64,000 bases of DNA from Somniosus microcephalus (taxonomy: Eukaryota). The stretch spans positions 54,746,001-54,810,000 of the forward strand of contig CM126215.1 in the NCBI GenBank assembly GCA_052327205.1, written 5' to 3'. Under the pieces are notes generated by a model that saw nothing but the letters and a program-made list of their open reading frames with translations, did no database searches and was not told the DNA's origin. Made by a program: the position numbers and the translations under genes. Of the stretch, positions 27,141 to 40,369 are shown in pieces (position 1 is the first letter of the stretch; the number at the start of each line of letters is the position of its first letter).

Positions 27141-27794
27141 ATTTTTACTAAATGTTCAACACTTGATATCTCTTGTGATTGGAGTTTCAAATAAATAAGC
27201 TAGACAAAATGGCCCATTCTACAAAACCATGTTGTATGTAGACAGTTGGATCTGTGGTACTTTACTCCATCCCCACCCAAAACCTGGTTAACTGGACACT
27301 AATTATACTCTAGCTAGTCTGTCCCAAGTTCTATTTGGTCATTAAGGAGCTATCCCACTAGTAGAAAACCTGTAATTTCAGATACCCAGGGGACCAGTGG
27401 TACACGGGGTCTTATCCGATCTTCAAAATGCATTCTTCATTGTTCCTACTTCTCCTCGCTAGTCTGCTACATCAGTGATTGGCCCCAAATTGCCCGCCTT
27501 CTTTGGAATGCCTAAATGGCGATACCTCCCCTTTCCCCGAACTACTGCACAACGTGGGACCTCAGACTCACCACTGCCAATAGGGGAAAATGGCTCTCAG
27601 GGCAGATGGTAAAAAGATCTGCTGTCACATACGATGCAAGGACAAAAGGTACAACCACACACCTTTTCATGCTATTTTGCGCCTTCGTAGACCTTCAGAA
27701 ATCTACAACTTACCCAACAAAAAGTTTGCAGATTACATTTTCCCATTTAACAAACACGCATCCAAGTATTTACTCGAAGAGTTTAGCCTCATCA

Positions 27795-28247
27795 CGTGTC
27801 AGCTGTGGCTCAGTTGGTAGCACCCTTACCTCTGAGTCAGAAGGTTGTGGGTTCAAGTCCCACTCCAGGGACTTGAGCACATAAATCTAGGCTGACACTC
27901 CAGTGCAGTGCTGAGGGAGGTGCCGTCTTTTGGATGAGACGTTAAACTGAGGCCCGGTCTGCTCTCTGGACGTAAAAGATCCCATGGCACTATTTGAAGA
28001 GGAGCAGGGGAGTTATCCCCGGTGTCCTGGCCAATATTTATTCCTCAACCAACATAACAAAAACAGATTATCTGGTCATTATCACATTGCTGTTTGTGGG
28101 ACCTTACTGTGCGCAAATTGGCTGCCGCGTTTTCCCACATAACAAACAGTGACTACACTTCAAAAAGTACTTCATTGGCTGTAAAACGCTTTGAGAGGTC
28201 CGGTGGTTGTGAAAGGCGCTATATAAATGCAAGTCTGTCTTTCTTTC
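27795..28247 (+). mobile_element. Near full-length SacSINE1-like DeuSINE
   Basis: Pol III A box tggctcagttgg, B box ggttcaagtcc, Deu-like core (acagattatctggtcattatcacattgctgtttgtggga), and L2-type tail aggcgctatataaatgcaagt(ctt)n. Confidence 0.88.
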
Positions 28248-30124
28248 ATCTCATTCCCCTTTCTAATAAAAAAGAACAATTGTGGTGTGGCAGCTCCTGG
28301 TCACAAATGAGGAACAACACAAACTGGGAACTAACTTTGTAAATTGTTAACATCCCACTTAATAAAAATACTGAATAATAATCGCATTTTTAACTTTAAC
28401 ACATTTTCTCCCTACACGAGAAAACACTAGTGACATACCGACAGAGTCATTTAATCTTTAACCAACCAAAGAAAGTTAAAGCACAAGCATCACCTTCGGC
28501 AAAGAATTTGTTGTTTATTTCTTACTTTGGAATTTTGTTGAAGCAGCCTGTATTACAGTGACACTACATTACAATCTGCTCTTTTAATTTCAAGTTATCC
28601 AATAATTCAAATGCTTAGCGTTAAGTCCCATTTGCTACGTTATTTATGTTTAATTCAAATTATGGAATAATGCAATTTTTGTTGGCACAAAAAATGACAT
28701 TGAATTATCGGTAGACTGTACTAAGCGTGGATCACACACAAACGATTATGGGAGCTGAATTAACATGAGGGGAGTTTCAGCCTCAGTTTTGAACTGCACA
28801 TTAATTCAGTTCCCTCGCATTATTGGGCTCCCAAAACAGTCCTTTCCCATCAGCATCCACTATTTGAACAAAAGTATTTTTTTATCAATAAAAATGCACA
28901 AAAACTTTGTTTTCATCAAGGTAAAAGACAGGATAAATCATTCCCTTGTTTCTGCACCTAATGTCAGCATTAATTATTGATGAGAGACAGCAGTTAGATG
29001 CAGCGTAAAGTTTCCTGTACACTGACCTACCCTCAGGAGGGCATCCTCTATTGCACAAGTGTAACATTTATGTTTTCTACACAGCAATCCTTGACGTTCA
29101 ATTGAAATTCCCAATTTACAATGAGTCATTTTTTTGGTTTGTGCTATGGAATTATGATTACTTTGAGACTACTCAAAACTCAATTCACAGAAATCTTTCT
29201 GCAGCCAAAGATATTCATCCCATTACAGATCTGGGGTGAAAGGGCATTGTGCAAGCCATGCTGAATTACCCAATTCCTAGTTAAAAAAAAAAAAAATTAT
29301 TGTAAGAAATGGTACTGTAATAGCTTTGATACTTTGAACTAAACAATTAAGAAGAAAAAAATCAAAAGCCACCAGGCACCGAAATAAAAATGGTCTCCAT
29401 GCAGTAACAAAATGACTCAATGCTTTTGCTTTCTCTTCCAAACGTGTTAAAGGCCGCCACTGCAAAATGTTAATTACAAGCTTGGCAAAGAATACCAGCG
29501 AACATACAAACCACTTCACAGCTCAGCACCGTCTGTCCTTACCATCACCAGTTGTACTGTGCCATGGTATACACTTCAACAATGCCATATCTACCCACAA
29601 GTCAAGCTCAGGGGCTTTATTTGGGAAACAAATCATTCGACATGGGGTGCTTTGTTTGCAGTGCAAAATCTCGAACTTTCTTTGACCAGCAGACAGAAAT
29701 AAAAGCCAGGCGAGTTGTCATCAAACATCCAATAATTTCAAGACTGCCTCAATTATCAGTGTACGGAGCAAAGGGGACCCAGTACAATTGTTCTCTATTT
29801 AATTAACACCCTGTGGATTTATTCAAAGTAGATCTCTTAAATATACGTTTTCCCTTTAAATCTTCACTGCGATTTGCAGTGACCTGCAATGATGAATCTT
29901 CGCCAACAGCAACACACAAATAGTTTCTTTCCCCTAAATGTTTTGCTTATGTGTATAACACATTCAAGTGTAAAATTGCTATCTAGAAAATTACACTTAT
30001 CTAAAGGATTCCTTTGCACTGGAGAAGTAATTTCATCACAACTGTGCTGAGAATATTACAATAGGCCTTATTTGCAACTTAGCCGGGCTGCTCGGGCCTA
30101 GACTAAAAGATGTTGACTTCAGAT

Positions 30125-30140
30125 GCTGCCACCTAGAGAC
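30125..30140. promoter_or_regulatory. Possible CTCF motif
   Basis: gctgccacctagagac resembles the CTCF core gccacctagtgg with mismatches. Motif match only. Confidence 0.25.
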
Positions 30141-31016
30141 AAGTATTAAACTGAAAGCCAAAACATTAACTGCACAGAAGTGGAAAACTAATTTAAATGT
30201 ATAGAATTACTTGCTAAATGAAAACCTTTTCTTTTTAACAGATTAAAAGGTGCAAATGTTGAAGTAAATCAATCAGCTCAACACTTCATTATTTATTAAC
30301 TTTTTGAATCCAGGCAAATTTAAACTGACTCGTGTGTCTCAGTACTGAAATACAGTATTATAAATATTTATCATATTGTATTTCAGCAACAGCACATATC
30401 CCTCGAAATATATCCTGGATGAGCATTACAAAACTAAAATATTATACACAAAAGATCACTCAAAAAATTGTTCATTGGGGGATGGGGGAGGAGACTGAAA
30501 TGTAATTTTCTTTTGAAGATACTGCTGCTTAAAGTCAAAAGAAGGCAAGTGTTACTGTCTTCATCTGATGCCGTCAGTCACTCCTAAGGGTAGGCCACGG
30601 TCCGTTAGGAACCAGCTCCTTGCCGGCCGAAATTAAACTTTTTTTTAATATAAGCAAAAGCTGCTTTATCACATTTCTTCGAAATGCAAATATTAATACA
30701 CATCAGGCAAAGAGCACGACAGCAAAAGACATTGCAAGTACATTACTGCAGATCAGTTCCAAAGCAGTTGTTAAACAAAATGTACGCAGCCAAAATCTAA
30801 AAAAAGACTTTCTTGGATTAAAAAATCTGTTCAAAAATTGCACTTATGGAAGCACTTGCCTTTACAGCTAAAACACTTTGACAAGTGTTGGGTGGGGGGG
30901 GGGGGAAAGAGAGGAGGTTCCAAACCAACTGCTGGTACCCATTACATCCTGCTAATCAGCTACAGATTATTGTACAATAAACTTGGAGTAATGAGGTCCA
31001 ATTCATTATTCCTTTA

Positions 31017-31325
31017 GTGACTAGAACTAGGGGGCATAATCTTAGAATAAGGGGCTGCCCTTTCAAAACTGAGATGAGGAGAAACTTCTTCACTCAGAGG
31101 GTAGTAAATCTATGGAATTTGCTACCTCAGAGAGCTGTGGAAGCTGTGACATTAAATAAATTTAAAACGGAGATAGACAGTTTCCTAGCTGATAAGGAAA
31201 TAAGGGGTTACGGGGAGAGGGCAGGGAAGTGGACATGAGTCTAAGTTCGGATCAGCCATGATCCTATTGAATGGCGGAGCAGGCCCGAGGGGCCGTATGG
31301 CCTACTCCTGCTCCTACTTCTTATG
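31017..31325 (+). mobile_element. CR1 3' fragment (same subfamily as 46431-50045)
   Basis: TRTRGHNLRIRGCPFKTEMRRNFFTQRVVNLWN, highly similar to 49384-49600, followed by the standard tail. Confidence 0.9.
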
Positions 31326-31941
31326 ACATCATACATCAGTTACTTGGAACTTTATGACCGACTTGCTGGTCAAATAAACCTGAACAAAACTACCAAAATC
31401 AACTCCACAATATATGTATTTTTGTAAAATGGATACATCAGAGAAAATAATCCCATTTTGGGGGGTTTAGCGGAGTATCATAAACTGAGCAAATTTCTTT
31501 CACAGTTTAGGAAATGTCGGCTTCTCAATGAGATCACTGCCCAGTGCTCAATTACTCTCTTAATAAACATACTTAACGGAGATATCAGTCTAGGTTTCCC
31601 CGCTGTGCTCAATCCGACTTTGGGGTGCTAATCAGGCAGACGGGGGGGGGGGGCAGGGACTAGTTACGTTGGAGAGACAGCACTACCATCTCTGCAGCTT
31701 ACCACCATGATACTATTACTAGCTTTGCATGGTCACTGATCGGTGGGAAAGCAAATCCAATGGTTCCAGTGAAAGCAGTAAAAACTTGTCTGTAACTATT
31801 TTCCAATCCTGTCCAAGAGAGAGAAAGACAGGCCTTCAATCTGGCACCCCAGGCCTCTATGGCAGCAGTATGAGTGTCCCTGTATGAATCAGGGTCCTTA
31901 GGGCCTCAGTCACAGGAGCCACTGCTGCAGATGTCCCCGGA

Positions 31942-32652
31942 GCTGCTATTTACAATCTGTACCAATGACTTAGATGAGGGGACCGAGTGTAATATATCCA
32001 AGTTTGCTGATGATACAAAGATAGGTGGAAACGTAAGCTATGGGGATGATGCAACGAGTCTGCAAAATAATTGGGTAAGAAGGTGGCAGATGGAGCATAA
32101 TATGAGGAAGTGTGAAATCACCCACTTTGATAGGAAGAATGGAAAAGCAGAATTTTTTTTTTTTTTTTTTTTTAAAAAGGAGACACTGGTAGATGTTGGT
32201 ATTCAGAGGGATTTAGGTGTCCTTGTACATGAATCACAAAGCTGACATGCAGATACAGCAAGCAATTTGGAAGACAAATGGGTACGTTAGCCTTTATTGC
32301 AAGGAGGTTGTCGTTTAAGAGTAAGAAAGTCTTGCTGCAATTGTATAGGGTTTTGGTGAGACCAGACCTGGAGAACAGAGTACAGTTTTGATCTCCTCAC
32401 CTAAGGAAGGATATATTTGCCTGCGAGGGGGTACAATGAAAGTTCACTAGATTTCCTGGGATAAGAGGACTGTCCTAAGGAGAGATTGAGTAGACTAGGC
32501 CGATATTCTCTGGAGTTTAGAAATAAGAGGTGATCTCATTGAAACACAAAATTGAGAGGGACCTACAGGGTAGATGCTGAGAGGCTGTTTCTCCTGGCTG
32601 AAGAGTCTAGAACTAGGGGTCATAGTCTCAGGATAAAGGGTTGGCCATTTAG
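31942..32652 (+). mobile_element. CR1 LINE fragment, left part (host of the Gypsy)
   Basis: [43 protein letters not shown]. The sequence resumes at 37386. Confidence 0.88.
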
Positions 32653-32928
32653 TGTCTTGTTTTACACACTTTGTATAAAAATAATAAATTGCAGGACAAT
32701 GGAGTATTACAGTTTAACTCTTTTATTAAGCATTAGGTCTGTGATCTTACTCATAGCAGCACAGTGGGGAAAGCCTGGCATTAGGGCTCCTAGCCTGGGT
32801 CTTCAAAACAATAGTAGTCCTTACAGATGCCTGCAGGCCAATGACAACTCAGCATGTGATCACGTGAATAATAGGTATTCCTTACAGATGCCTGCGGGCC
32901 AATGATAATTCAATATGCAAATGTTACA
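32653..32928 (-). repeat. Gypsy 3' LTR (276 bp)
   Basis: Reads TGTAACA...AAGACA on the minus strand, with the PPT at 32929-32940 and an internal direct repeat tccttacagatgcctgc(a/g)ggccaatga x2. Confidence 0.9.
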
Positions 32929-33310
32929 TCCCCTTTCTTTTAAAAGAAAAATGTTATGCATTACTTTTAAACCTTTCTTCTACATAATGTTCTTGGTACC
33001 ATAAACATATAAGTAAACTCAGCATTTAACTAGCACTGAAAACATCTCAACGTTTCAATAACGATGTACATTTTTTTTAGGGCAGCGATCCCCCTACACC
33101 CTTTGACAGTTCACAAGTCAAGGATAACTCTAGGCTTGACCTCTCGTCCCAACCTTGTGTGGTATGAAACTGAGCATGCTCCTGAATCGGTCAACAATTC
33201 AGGTTCAGGTTTAGGTTCAGGTAAGTATGATGTGTTTTGTGTATTGCTCTGTTCATCACACTCTGTTGAACTGATCCTCTCGTTGGAATGACGGTGTTGT
33301 TCCTTGGTGT

Positions 33311-36300
33311 TCAGGAGGTGCCTGCGATTGCGGCGGTACACCTGTCCTTCTGGGGTGCGGACATGATACGATCGCTCAGTGTCAGTTGCTGGATGACGAC
33401 TGTTGGCTTCCAGTAGTCATGCTCCTGGATTCTGACGGATTCTCCATTGTGCAGCAGCGGCAGCAGTCTAGCTGACCTGTCATAGTATCTCTTTTGGTGT
33501 TGTTGTCTCTGTACACGTTTTGCATGCACTTGCTTGCAGCTGACGACCTCTGGCTGCAGCTGCTGGTTGGCGCTTGGAAGGATTGAGTGAAGTCTGCGGC
33601 TCATCAACAGCTGTGCTGGTGACTTGAAGTTGTCAACCGGAGTGTTGCGGTACTCAAGAAGACTGATGTAGAGGTCTCTTTTGTCCGCTTCGGCTTTGTC
33701 CATGAGTGTTTTTGCAAGCTGGACAGTTTTTTCAGCAAGGCCATTACTTTGAAAGTAATGTGGGCTTGATGTGACGTGTGAAATCCCATGCCTTGGCAAA
33801 CGACTCGAACTCTTTTGATTTGTATTGGGGGGCCATTGTCTGAGACTAAAGTCTCTACCATGCCATGCCTGGCAAAGGCTGCCTTTAGCTTGTGGATCAC
33901 AGCTGCAGATGTGGTGCTGTGAAGCTTGTCCAGTTCAAAAAATCTGCTGTAGTAATCAACAGTCACTATGTAGTCCTCGTTGTTCCATGTGAACAGATCC
34001 ATTGCCGTGACCTGCCAGGGCCTGTCTGGGATACGGTGAGGTATCATGGGCTCTTTGACATTTGATGGGCGGCGTTCTAGACAAATGGAACATTTTCCGA
34101 CAATGTCCTCAATGTGTTTGCACATTCCGGGCCAAAAAATAATGGGGTAGATTTTCCCGAACCTGTCAGGAAGAAGGCGGGACTTCCCCTTTCGGGTTTT
34201 TGACCCGCCTACTTCGACGTCCGGCCAATCCGCGTGATTTTCCCTTGATTGACCTTGTTCAGCCCGCCCAGCAGGCCAATTAAGGGCCACCCGGCAACAG
34301 GTGACGTCACAGACTGAAATTTCATCTGTCAAGAGTTCTTGACAGATGAAATATCAGTGTTTCACAGCTGTTTGACGCTGTCAAACACTGACAGTCTGAG
34401 TTCTACCATGAGTCATTCTGCACAGACTCAGTTAGAACTCTTACCGGCACTCAAAGCTGAAGGCTGTCACTTTTCACAGATCGCAGCCGTTCAGCTTTAA
34501 GTACCGGCTGAGTGATGCGCTCCTGACGGCTACAGGAAGAAAGGCTGTGAAGGTAAGTACAGGTAAGTAAAAGTTCTTTACACACTTTAGACACGCCAAA
34601 CACACTTACCTTTACACTCATGCACCCATCACTCACCTGAGCGCCAACATCACGACTCCTCCAACTCCTTCAACCCAACGGCCCGCCTGCTCTAACCTGG
34701 CGTGGTTTGGAGCCGTCGGGAAACCCACACGAAACCTCTCAAAATAGGGATTAGACTAAAACTGCCTGTTAACTACCTGTTAACTGGCAGTTAATTGGCA
34801 CTAATCCCTTCCCGCCTGGTTTCGGCAGGTCCCAGTGCGGGCCGGGTACCCGCCGCCCCTGAAACTTACGTGGGGCGGGGTTTTGGGCAGGATGGTGTCG
34901 GGGCCCCCAAATTCAGGATTTCCCCCCCCCCCACACGCCTGAAACCCCACCTGACGGCTCCACGAACATCTAGCCCAATGTCACGTGCTCTTTGTTTGCA
35001 TTTTTCCATGCCCATATGTCCAGCATGAATTTTTGTCAACATCTCTTCTCTGAGACTGGTAGGAATGATGATTTGCTCCCCTTTGAAAACGATTCTGCTG
35101 ATTTGTGACAGTTCGTCTCTGTGGTTCCAGAATTCAGATATGCTCTGAGGGCATTTCCTTCTTTCTTCAGGCCATCCTTTGCTCAGCAGTGTGAGTTGTG
35201 CATCTTTCTCTGTTCCTGCTCAGATCTCCTTCAGTTTTGAGTCACTCACAGGTAAGCTGTTGTACACCATGTGCACCTGCACATCCATGCCTTCACTGAG
35301 GCTGCTGTCCTGGTAGCTAAGAGACTTTCTGGAGAGCGTGTCTGCGACAGGAATGTCTTTGCCTGGACGGTGAATGATTGTGAAGTCATACTTCTATAGC
35401 TGAAGGATCATTCTCTGTAGCCTTGGTGGGGCTGCGGCTAGTGGTTTCCTCATGATTGACTCGAGGGGCTTGTGGTCGGATTCCACAATGACTTGTCGGC
35501 CATAGACGTACTGGTGGAAACGCTTACATCCAAACAGAATTGCATATAGCTCTTTCTCGATTTGAGCATAGTTGATTTCACTGTCTGAGAGAGATCTGGA
35601 AGCGTAGCCGATGGGCTTTCCTTCTTGCAGTAATACTGCACCTAGTCTGTACTTTGACGCGTCCACTTGTAGTCTGAGCTCTTTGTTGGGGTCAAAGTAG
35701 GCAAGAACTGGTCCTGGTTCTCTGGTGATTAGGTCTTTCATTTTCTGAAATGCTGTGTCATGTTGTTTGTCCCACAGGAACTCATTGGATTGTTTGAGCA
35801 ACTGACGCATGGGTGCGTTGATTTCGGAGAGGCTCGGGGCAAACTTGGCTAAGTAGTTAACCATGCCTAGTACTGTCTCTAGCTCTGCGCGGTTCTTCGG
35901 CGGCTCCATCTTCTTGATGGCGGAGATTTTCTCTGGATCCAGCTGAATGCCATCAGTTGAGAGGCGATGCCCAAAATAACTGATCTCGGTGGATCCGATT
36001 ATGCTTTTCTTGGGGTTGAGCCGGATACCTTTCTCCCGTGATCTTTGTAGCATCGCATGGAGGTTCCTGTCATGTTCCTCTCTACTCCTGCCATAGATGA
36101 GGATGTCGTCTACGATTGTGACTACTCCGTCAAGGCCTTCAGAGGTTTCGTCGATCTTCCACTGGAATTCATCCTGAGCTGAGATAACACCAAATGGTAA
36201 ACGCAGAAATCGGTAGCGTCCAAATGGTGTGTTGAACGTTGTTAGCTTAGATGACTCTTCCGTGAGCTTGATAGTCCAGTATCCTGATCGTGCGTCCATT

Positions 36301-37246
36301 ACACTGAAGTAACGTGCTCCCACTAGCTTGGGTGTGATGTCATCTAGCGTTGGTAGAGGGTAGTGAGGGCGTTTGATAGCCTTGTTCAAATCTCTGGGGT
36401 CGAGACAGACTCTGAGCTTGCCTGTACGTGGTTTCTCAACCACTACTAACGTGTTGACCCACTCTGTCGGTTCTGTTTCCTGGACGATGATTTCTGTATT
36501 CTCCATGCTCTGCAGCTCCTCCTTCAGGCGACTACATAGAGCAAGGGGTATCCTTCTCGGTGGGCAAACCACAGGGGTTGCTGCTGGGTCAAGGTGAATA
36601 ATGCATTCACCTGGGAATAGTCAGATTCCTTTGAAAACGTCAGCAAACTCCTCCATGACTGTCTCCTTCTCAACTGGTGCTGTCAATGATAGCACTAACT
36701 TGACGAGGTCCATGTCTAAACATGCCTTTAGACCTAGCACTGGAGGTGCTCGAGTGTCAACAATGTAAAAGTCCAACATCATGTCGCTTTCTTTGTACTT
36801 GCATTTCATCGCGCATGTGACTTTTACAATGAGCTGCTCACCCCCATAGCTGGTCAGTCTGTAGCTCACACTCATCCTTCAAGCTGTGATACTCACTCAG
36901 AGGAATTACATTAATCTGAGCTCCAGTGTCTAGTTTAAACTTAAGCTCTTTGCCCTGTTTTCCTATCTCAATATCTGCAAAGGCTTGCTCAGTCTCTGAA
37001 ATCTGTTTTTTCTGTGACACAGAATCAATACAGTTCCTCTGCATTTGGCTCTCTATCTGGCATTTGGCTGTCACTCACTGTGTGTACTGCTGTTCCAAAA
37101 ACAGTCCTGCAAACTTTAGCAAAGTGGTTCCGTTTACCACATTTAGCACATCGACTTCCTTTGGCAGAGCAGTGCTCCTTTTCCCCATGCACCTTGTTTC
37201 CACAATATCCACAGTTTTTGAAGCGTTTTATGTTTGTGTCACTCAT
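33311..37246 (-). pseudogene. Gypsy gag-pol, disrupted
   Basis: Gag zinc knuckle CAKCGKRNHFAKVC, protease LDTGAQ, RT LRVCLDPRDLN..RLPFG..IVDDIL, RNase H VDAS..YAQIEKE..DHKPL, integrase FWPGM..CSIC, VDYYS, VSDNGP and QSNGLAEK. Contains frameshifts, a stop at 35394 and a MITE insertion. Confidence 0.93.
34144..34976. mobile_element. Non-autonomous Harbinger/PIF-like element inside the Gypsy integrase
   Basis: 3-bp TSD aat (34141-34143 and 34977-34979). TIRs ggggtagattttcccgaacctgtcagg / cctgacggctccacgaacatctagccc match at 20 of 27 positions. Removing it restores RARDIIFWPGM. Confidence 0.85.
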
Positions 37247-37293
37247 TTTTAGAACTCTCTCTGTTCTTTCTGTTCTGAAACACGCTCTCTGGG

Positions 37294-37385
37294 CAATGAC
37301 AACTCAGCATGTGATCACGTGAATATAATAGGTATTCCTTATAGATGCCTGCGGGCCAATGATAATTCAATATGCAAATATTACA
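37294..37385 (-). repeat. Gypsy 5' LTR remnant (about 92 bp)
   Basis: Matches 32840-32928 with 2 substitutions and one 2-bp indel. The rest of the LTR, the PBS and most of gag are absent. Confidence 0.9.
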
Positions 37386-37641
37386 TTTAGGACTGAGATG
37401 AGGATAAATTTCTTCACTCAGAGGGTTGTGAATCTTTGGAATTCTCTACCCCAAAGTTATGGATGCTTAGTCGATGAGCATATTCAAGACTGAGATCGAT
37501 AGATTTTTGGGCACTAAGGGAAGCAAAGGATATGGGGATAGGGCGGGAAAGTGGAGTTGATGTAGAAGTTCAGCCATGATCTTACTGAATGGCAGAACAG
37601 GCTTAAAGGGCTGTATGACCTACTCCTGCTCCCATTTCTTA
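37386..37641 (+). mobile_element. CR1 LINE fragment, right part
   Basis: tttaggactgagatgagg..tttcttcactcagagggttgtgaatc continues the left part and ends in the tail tactcctgctcccatttctta. Confidence 0.88.
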
Positions 37642-37644
37642 CAA

Positions 37645-38316
37645 GGAGATATTCGGACTGGTGACCTAAAGCTTGGTAAAAAGAGGTAGGTTTTAAGGAG
37701 TGACTTAAAAGAGGAGAGAGATGCAGAGGTTTAGGGAGGAAATTCCTGAGCCGAGATCCTAGGCAGCCGAAGGCCTGGCCCGCAATGGTGGAGCGACAAA
37801 AATCAGGGATGCGCAAGAGGCTAGAATTACAGGAACGCAGAGATCTCGGGAGGTTGTAGAGCTGGAAGAGATTACTTAGATAGGGAGGGGCGAAGCCATG
37901 GAGGAATTTGAACAAGGATGAGAAGTTTAAAATGGAGGCCGTGCCAGGCCAGGTGCTAGCACATGGATGATGGGTGGACAGGACTTAGTGCATTTTAGGA
38001 CACGGGCAGCAGAGTTTTGGATGAGCTCAAGTTTATGGAGGGTGGAAGGTTGGAGGCTGGCCAGGAGAGTATTGAAATAGTCGAGTCTGGAGGTAACAAA
38101 GGCATGGATGAGAGTTTCAACAGATGAGCGGAGGCAGGGGCAGTGACAGGCAATATTGCAGAGCTGGAAGTAGACAGTGTTTTGTGCTGGAGAGGATATG
38201 GGGTCAGAAGCTCAGCTCAGGGTCAAATAGGACGGCGAGGTTGCGAACAGTCTGGTTCAGGCTCAGACAGTAGCCAGGAAGGGGGATGAAATCGGTGGCT
38301 AGGGAACGGAGTTTCC
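37645..38316 (-). mobile_element. L2 LINE 3' fragment
   Basis: FKFLHGFAPPYLSNL..LPRSLRS. Homologous to 860-1480. Confidence 0.85.
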
Positions 38317-39439
38317 AATCTTAAGGGGCAGAAATATATCTAAATATGAGAGGCTAAATTCATGAACATTAATTTCTGAATCATAGACCTACCTATCACT
38401 CTTGTCAGATAAGAGATTTAGCTTGGATTTTTATTTTGGAAGTTTTTGTGCAAGAACTCTCCAGAATGTGGTAAATTTAATCGAGGTTAGTTTGTGCCAG
38501 GTCACACTTGATTTATTCTGCTTTTAGACGCCACAGCTGACCTGGAATAGTTTCACTGGGCCTTGAAATTCTTCTACGCATACAAGTTTGTTCTTTCTCT
38601 CAAGTACTTGGACAAGAAACATCCTCTTTAATAGATAACACTATCAAAGTACAGATTTGTACTTCACTCACAAATATTGGCCTTTTTTTTTAATCCCTTA
38701 CTTTCAAGGGGGGCACCACCAAATCAACAGCTAATCATGGATAATCAGATCACTTAAAAAAAAACTGCTTTGCAGTTTCTCAGTATTAAAGTTTTTGGGT
38801 TAGATTACTCCTGGAAACCACAGTAACAATAGCATGATCAAATTTGCATTTTTGTATTTTATTCCCACAGATACTGTACCAGCAAAAGGTACTGAAGAAG
38901 AGCAGTAGTACTGAAAAGGAGGAATAAAGCAGCAAGAGAGATAATTAGGAAGAAACATAGCTCAACTTACAAATTAAACCATCACAAAAAAAAATTAGCT
39001 AACAGCAACAACTCATTACCAGGTTGTTGCTGTGCACAAACCATCTGTCAGATGATGATCAGGAGCTGATCTAAAACTAAACAGCAATCGCTATGGATAT
39101 GGGTTGCAGGTTTGATCCCATCCCCAGGTATCAACTTCAGTTGCCATTGGATTTTTGGCAGCATCACAGCCGAGACTTGATCCTGCCCTCCTCCAAAATC
39201 CACACAGAAATGTAGGAGCCATTGAGTAACTCTCAGGAACATAACCCCTGACTGATTTCACACCTTCCTCTCCAGCCACGGGACATGGAGACTAATTGTC
39301 CTGCCACTAACCCGGTCCCCCAGCTCACATCATCGAGCTTGGCGAAGATTAGGGATCAAGCCTGGGCCTGTACTGGTCGGAGTAGCTCCAGGCAGAGCAT
39401 TTATCAGCTGGCCAGTGTTCCCCCACTCCTCCCGATCAT

Positions 39440-39742
39440 TTTGGATCAATTTTCTTTCTTCCCCTGATGGCGCTGACCTTTGGGGTCCCATGGGTGCTGA
39501 CTACAGAACCTAGACAGCACATTTCAACAGCTGAGAGGCACCAAAGTCAAGCCCGATCCCATCTTTGCCCAACATCCATACAAATGCACTTCTAACAGGG
39601 GGCTCTGGATAGTGATCAGTAATGGAAACCGTGTCCATTTGTCACTTCCCTAACCCAGGGAGGGCAAGGCCAATTGTAGTACTCCCAACACTGCCTTGCC
39701 CGACATTAGCTAAGTTAGCAGAGACAGGAATCAAACCAGAGA
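39440..39742 (-). mobile_element. Degenerate tRNA-type SINE
   Basis: Reversed B box ggaatcaaacc and body blocks shared with 2620-2880 and 59690-59850. Confidence 0.45.
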
Positions 39743-40369
39743 ATCTTACAGCACAGGAGGAAGCCATATGGTCCATCGTGCTGAAGAGATCGCAAAGTCT
39801 CTGAAGAATGGATTCAGTCAAGAATATTTTTTTTGTGGACTTTATGGGATTTTTCTGAGGGTATTTTCCCTGTTATGGGATCGCCCTGTGCAGATACGTG
39901 AAAGACTGGTTTTGTTAAAACTCCAGAGAATGCATGGCAGTTGGCTGTGACAAAAGAACTCATCCAGAATGCATGGGTTCGCCCAACAGTCCTGGAAAAA
40001 GGAAGTGGGCCATTGAACTTGATTAGAAAACCATTCTAAAATGCAAAGCACGTCTCACCTCCATCTCAGAAGAGAAGCAGAACAATGAACCCACTAGCTC
40101 ACCCAGCAAAGACCGAAAGATATGTCCCAGACTTAGGGCCGTTAACCCAATACGCATGGGTCTGAGGATGACTCATCACAGGTTTAGCACCGGAGTGCTC
40201 AGAAGCAAATGGATTTTTAAGATTGGTGGGAAAAGACAGGCAGACTATCCATAAAGACAGATTCTTTTCCACCATTCTCTCTCTCCCGCTCCTGCTCCAA
40301 CAAGACAAGTACCAGAGAAACTGACGAGCAGAGCGATCAAAACCGGGGTAAGCTTAAGGTCTCTCAGAA

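Larger units (their letters stand above)
32653..37385 (-). mobile_element. Ty3/Gypsy LTR retrotransposon, defective
   Basis: TG...CA termini, tttag duplicated at 32648-32652 and 37386-37390, domain order gag-PR-RT-RH-IN, and PPT aaagaaagggga next to the 3' LTR. Confidence 0.95.

Noticed and set aside
27800-27870. tRNA gene (A and B boxes)
   Set aside because: It is the head of a SINE present in several copies in this window, with no complete cloverleaf.
35394-36572. Active or domesticated Gypsy pol
   Set aside because: It is flanked by frameshifts, an in-frame stop and a MITE-disrupted integrase, and the PBS is missing.
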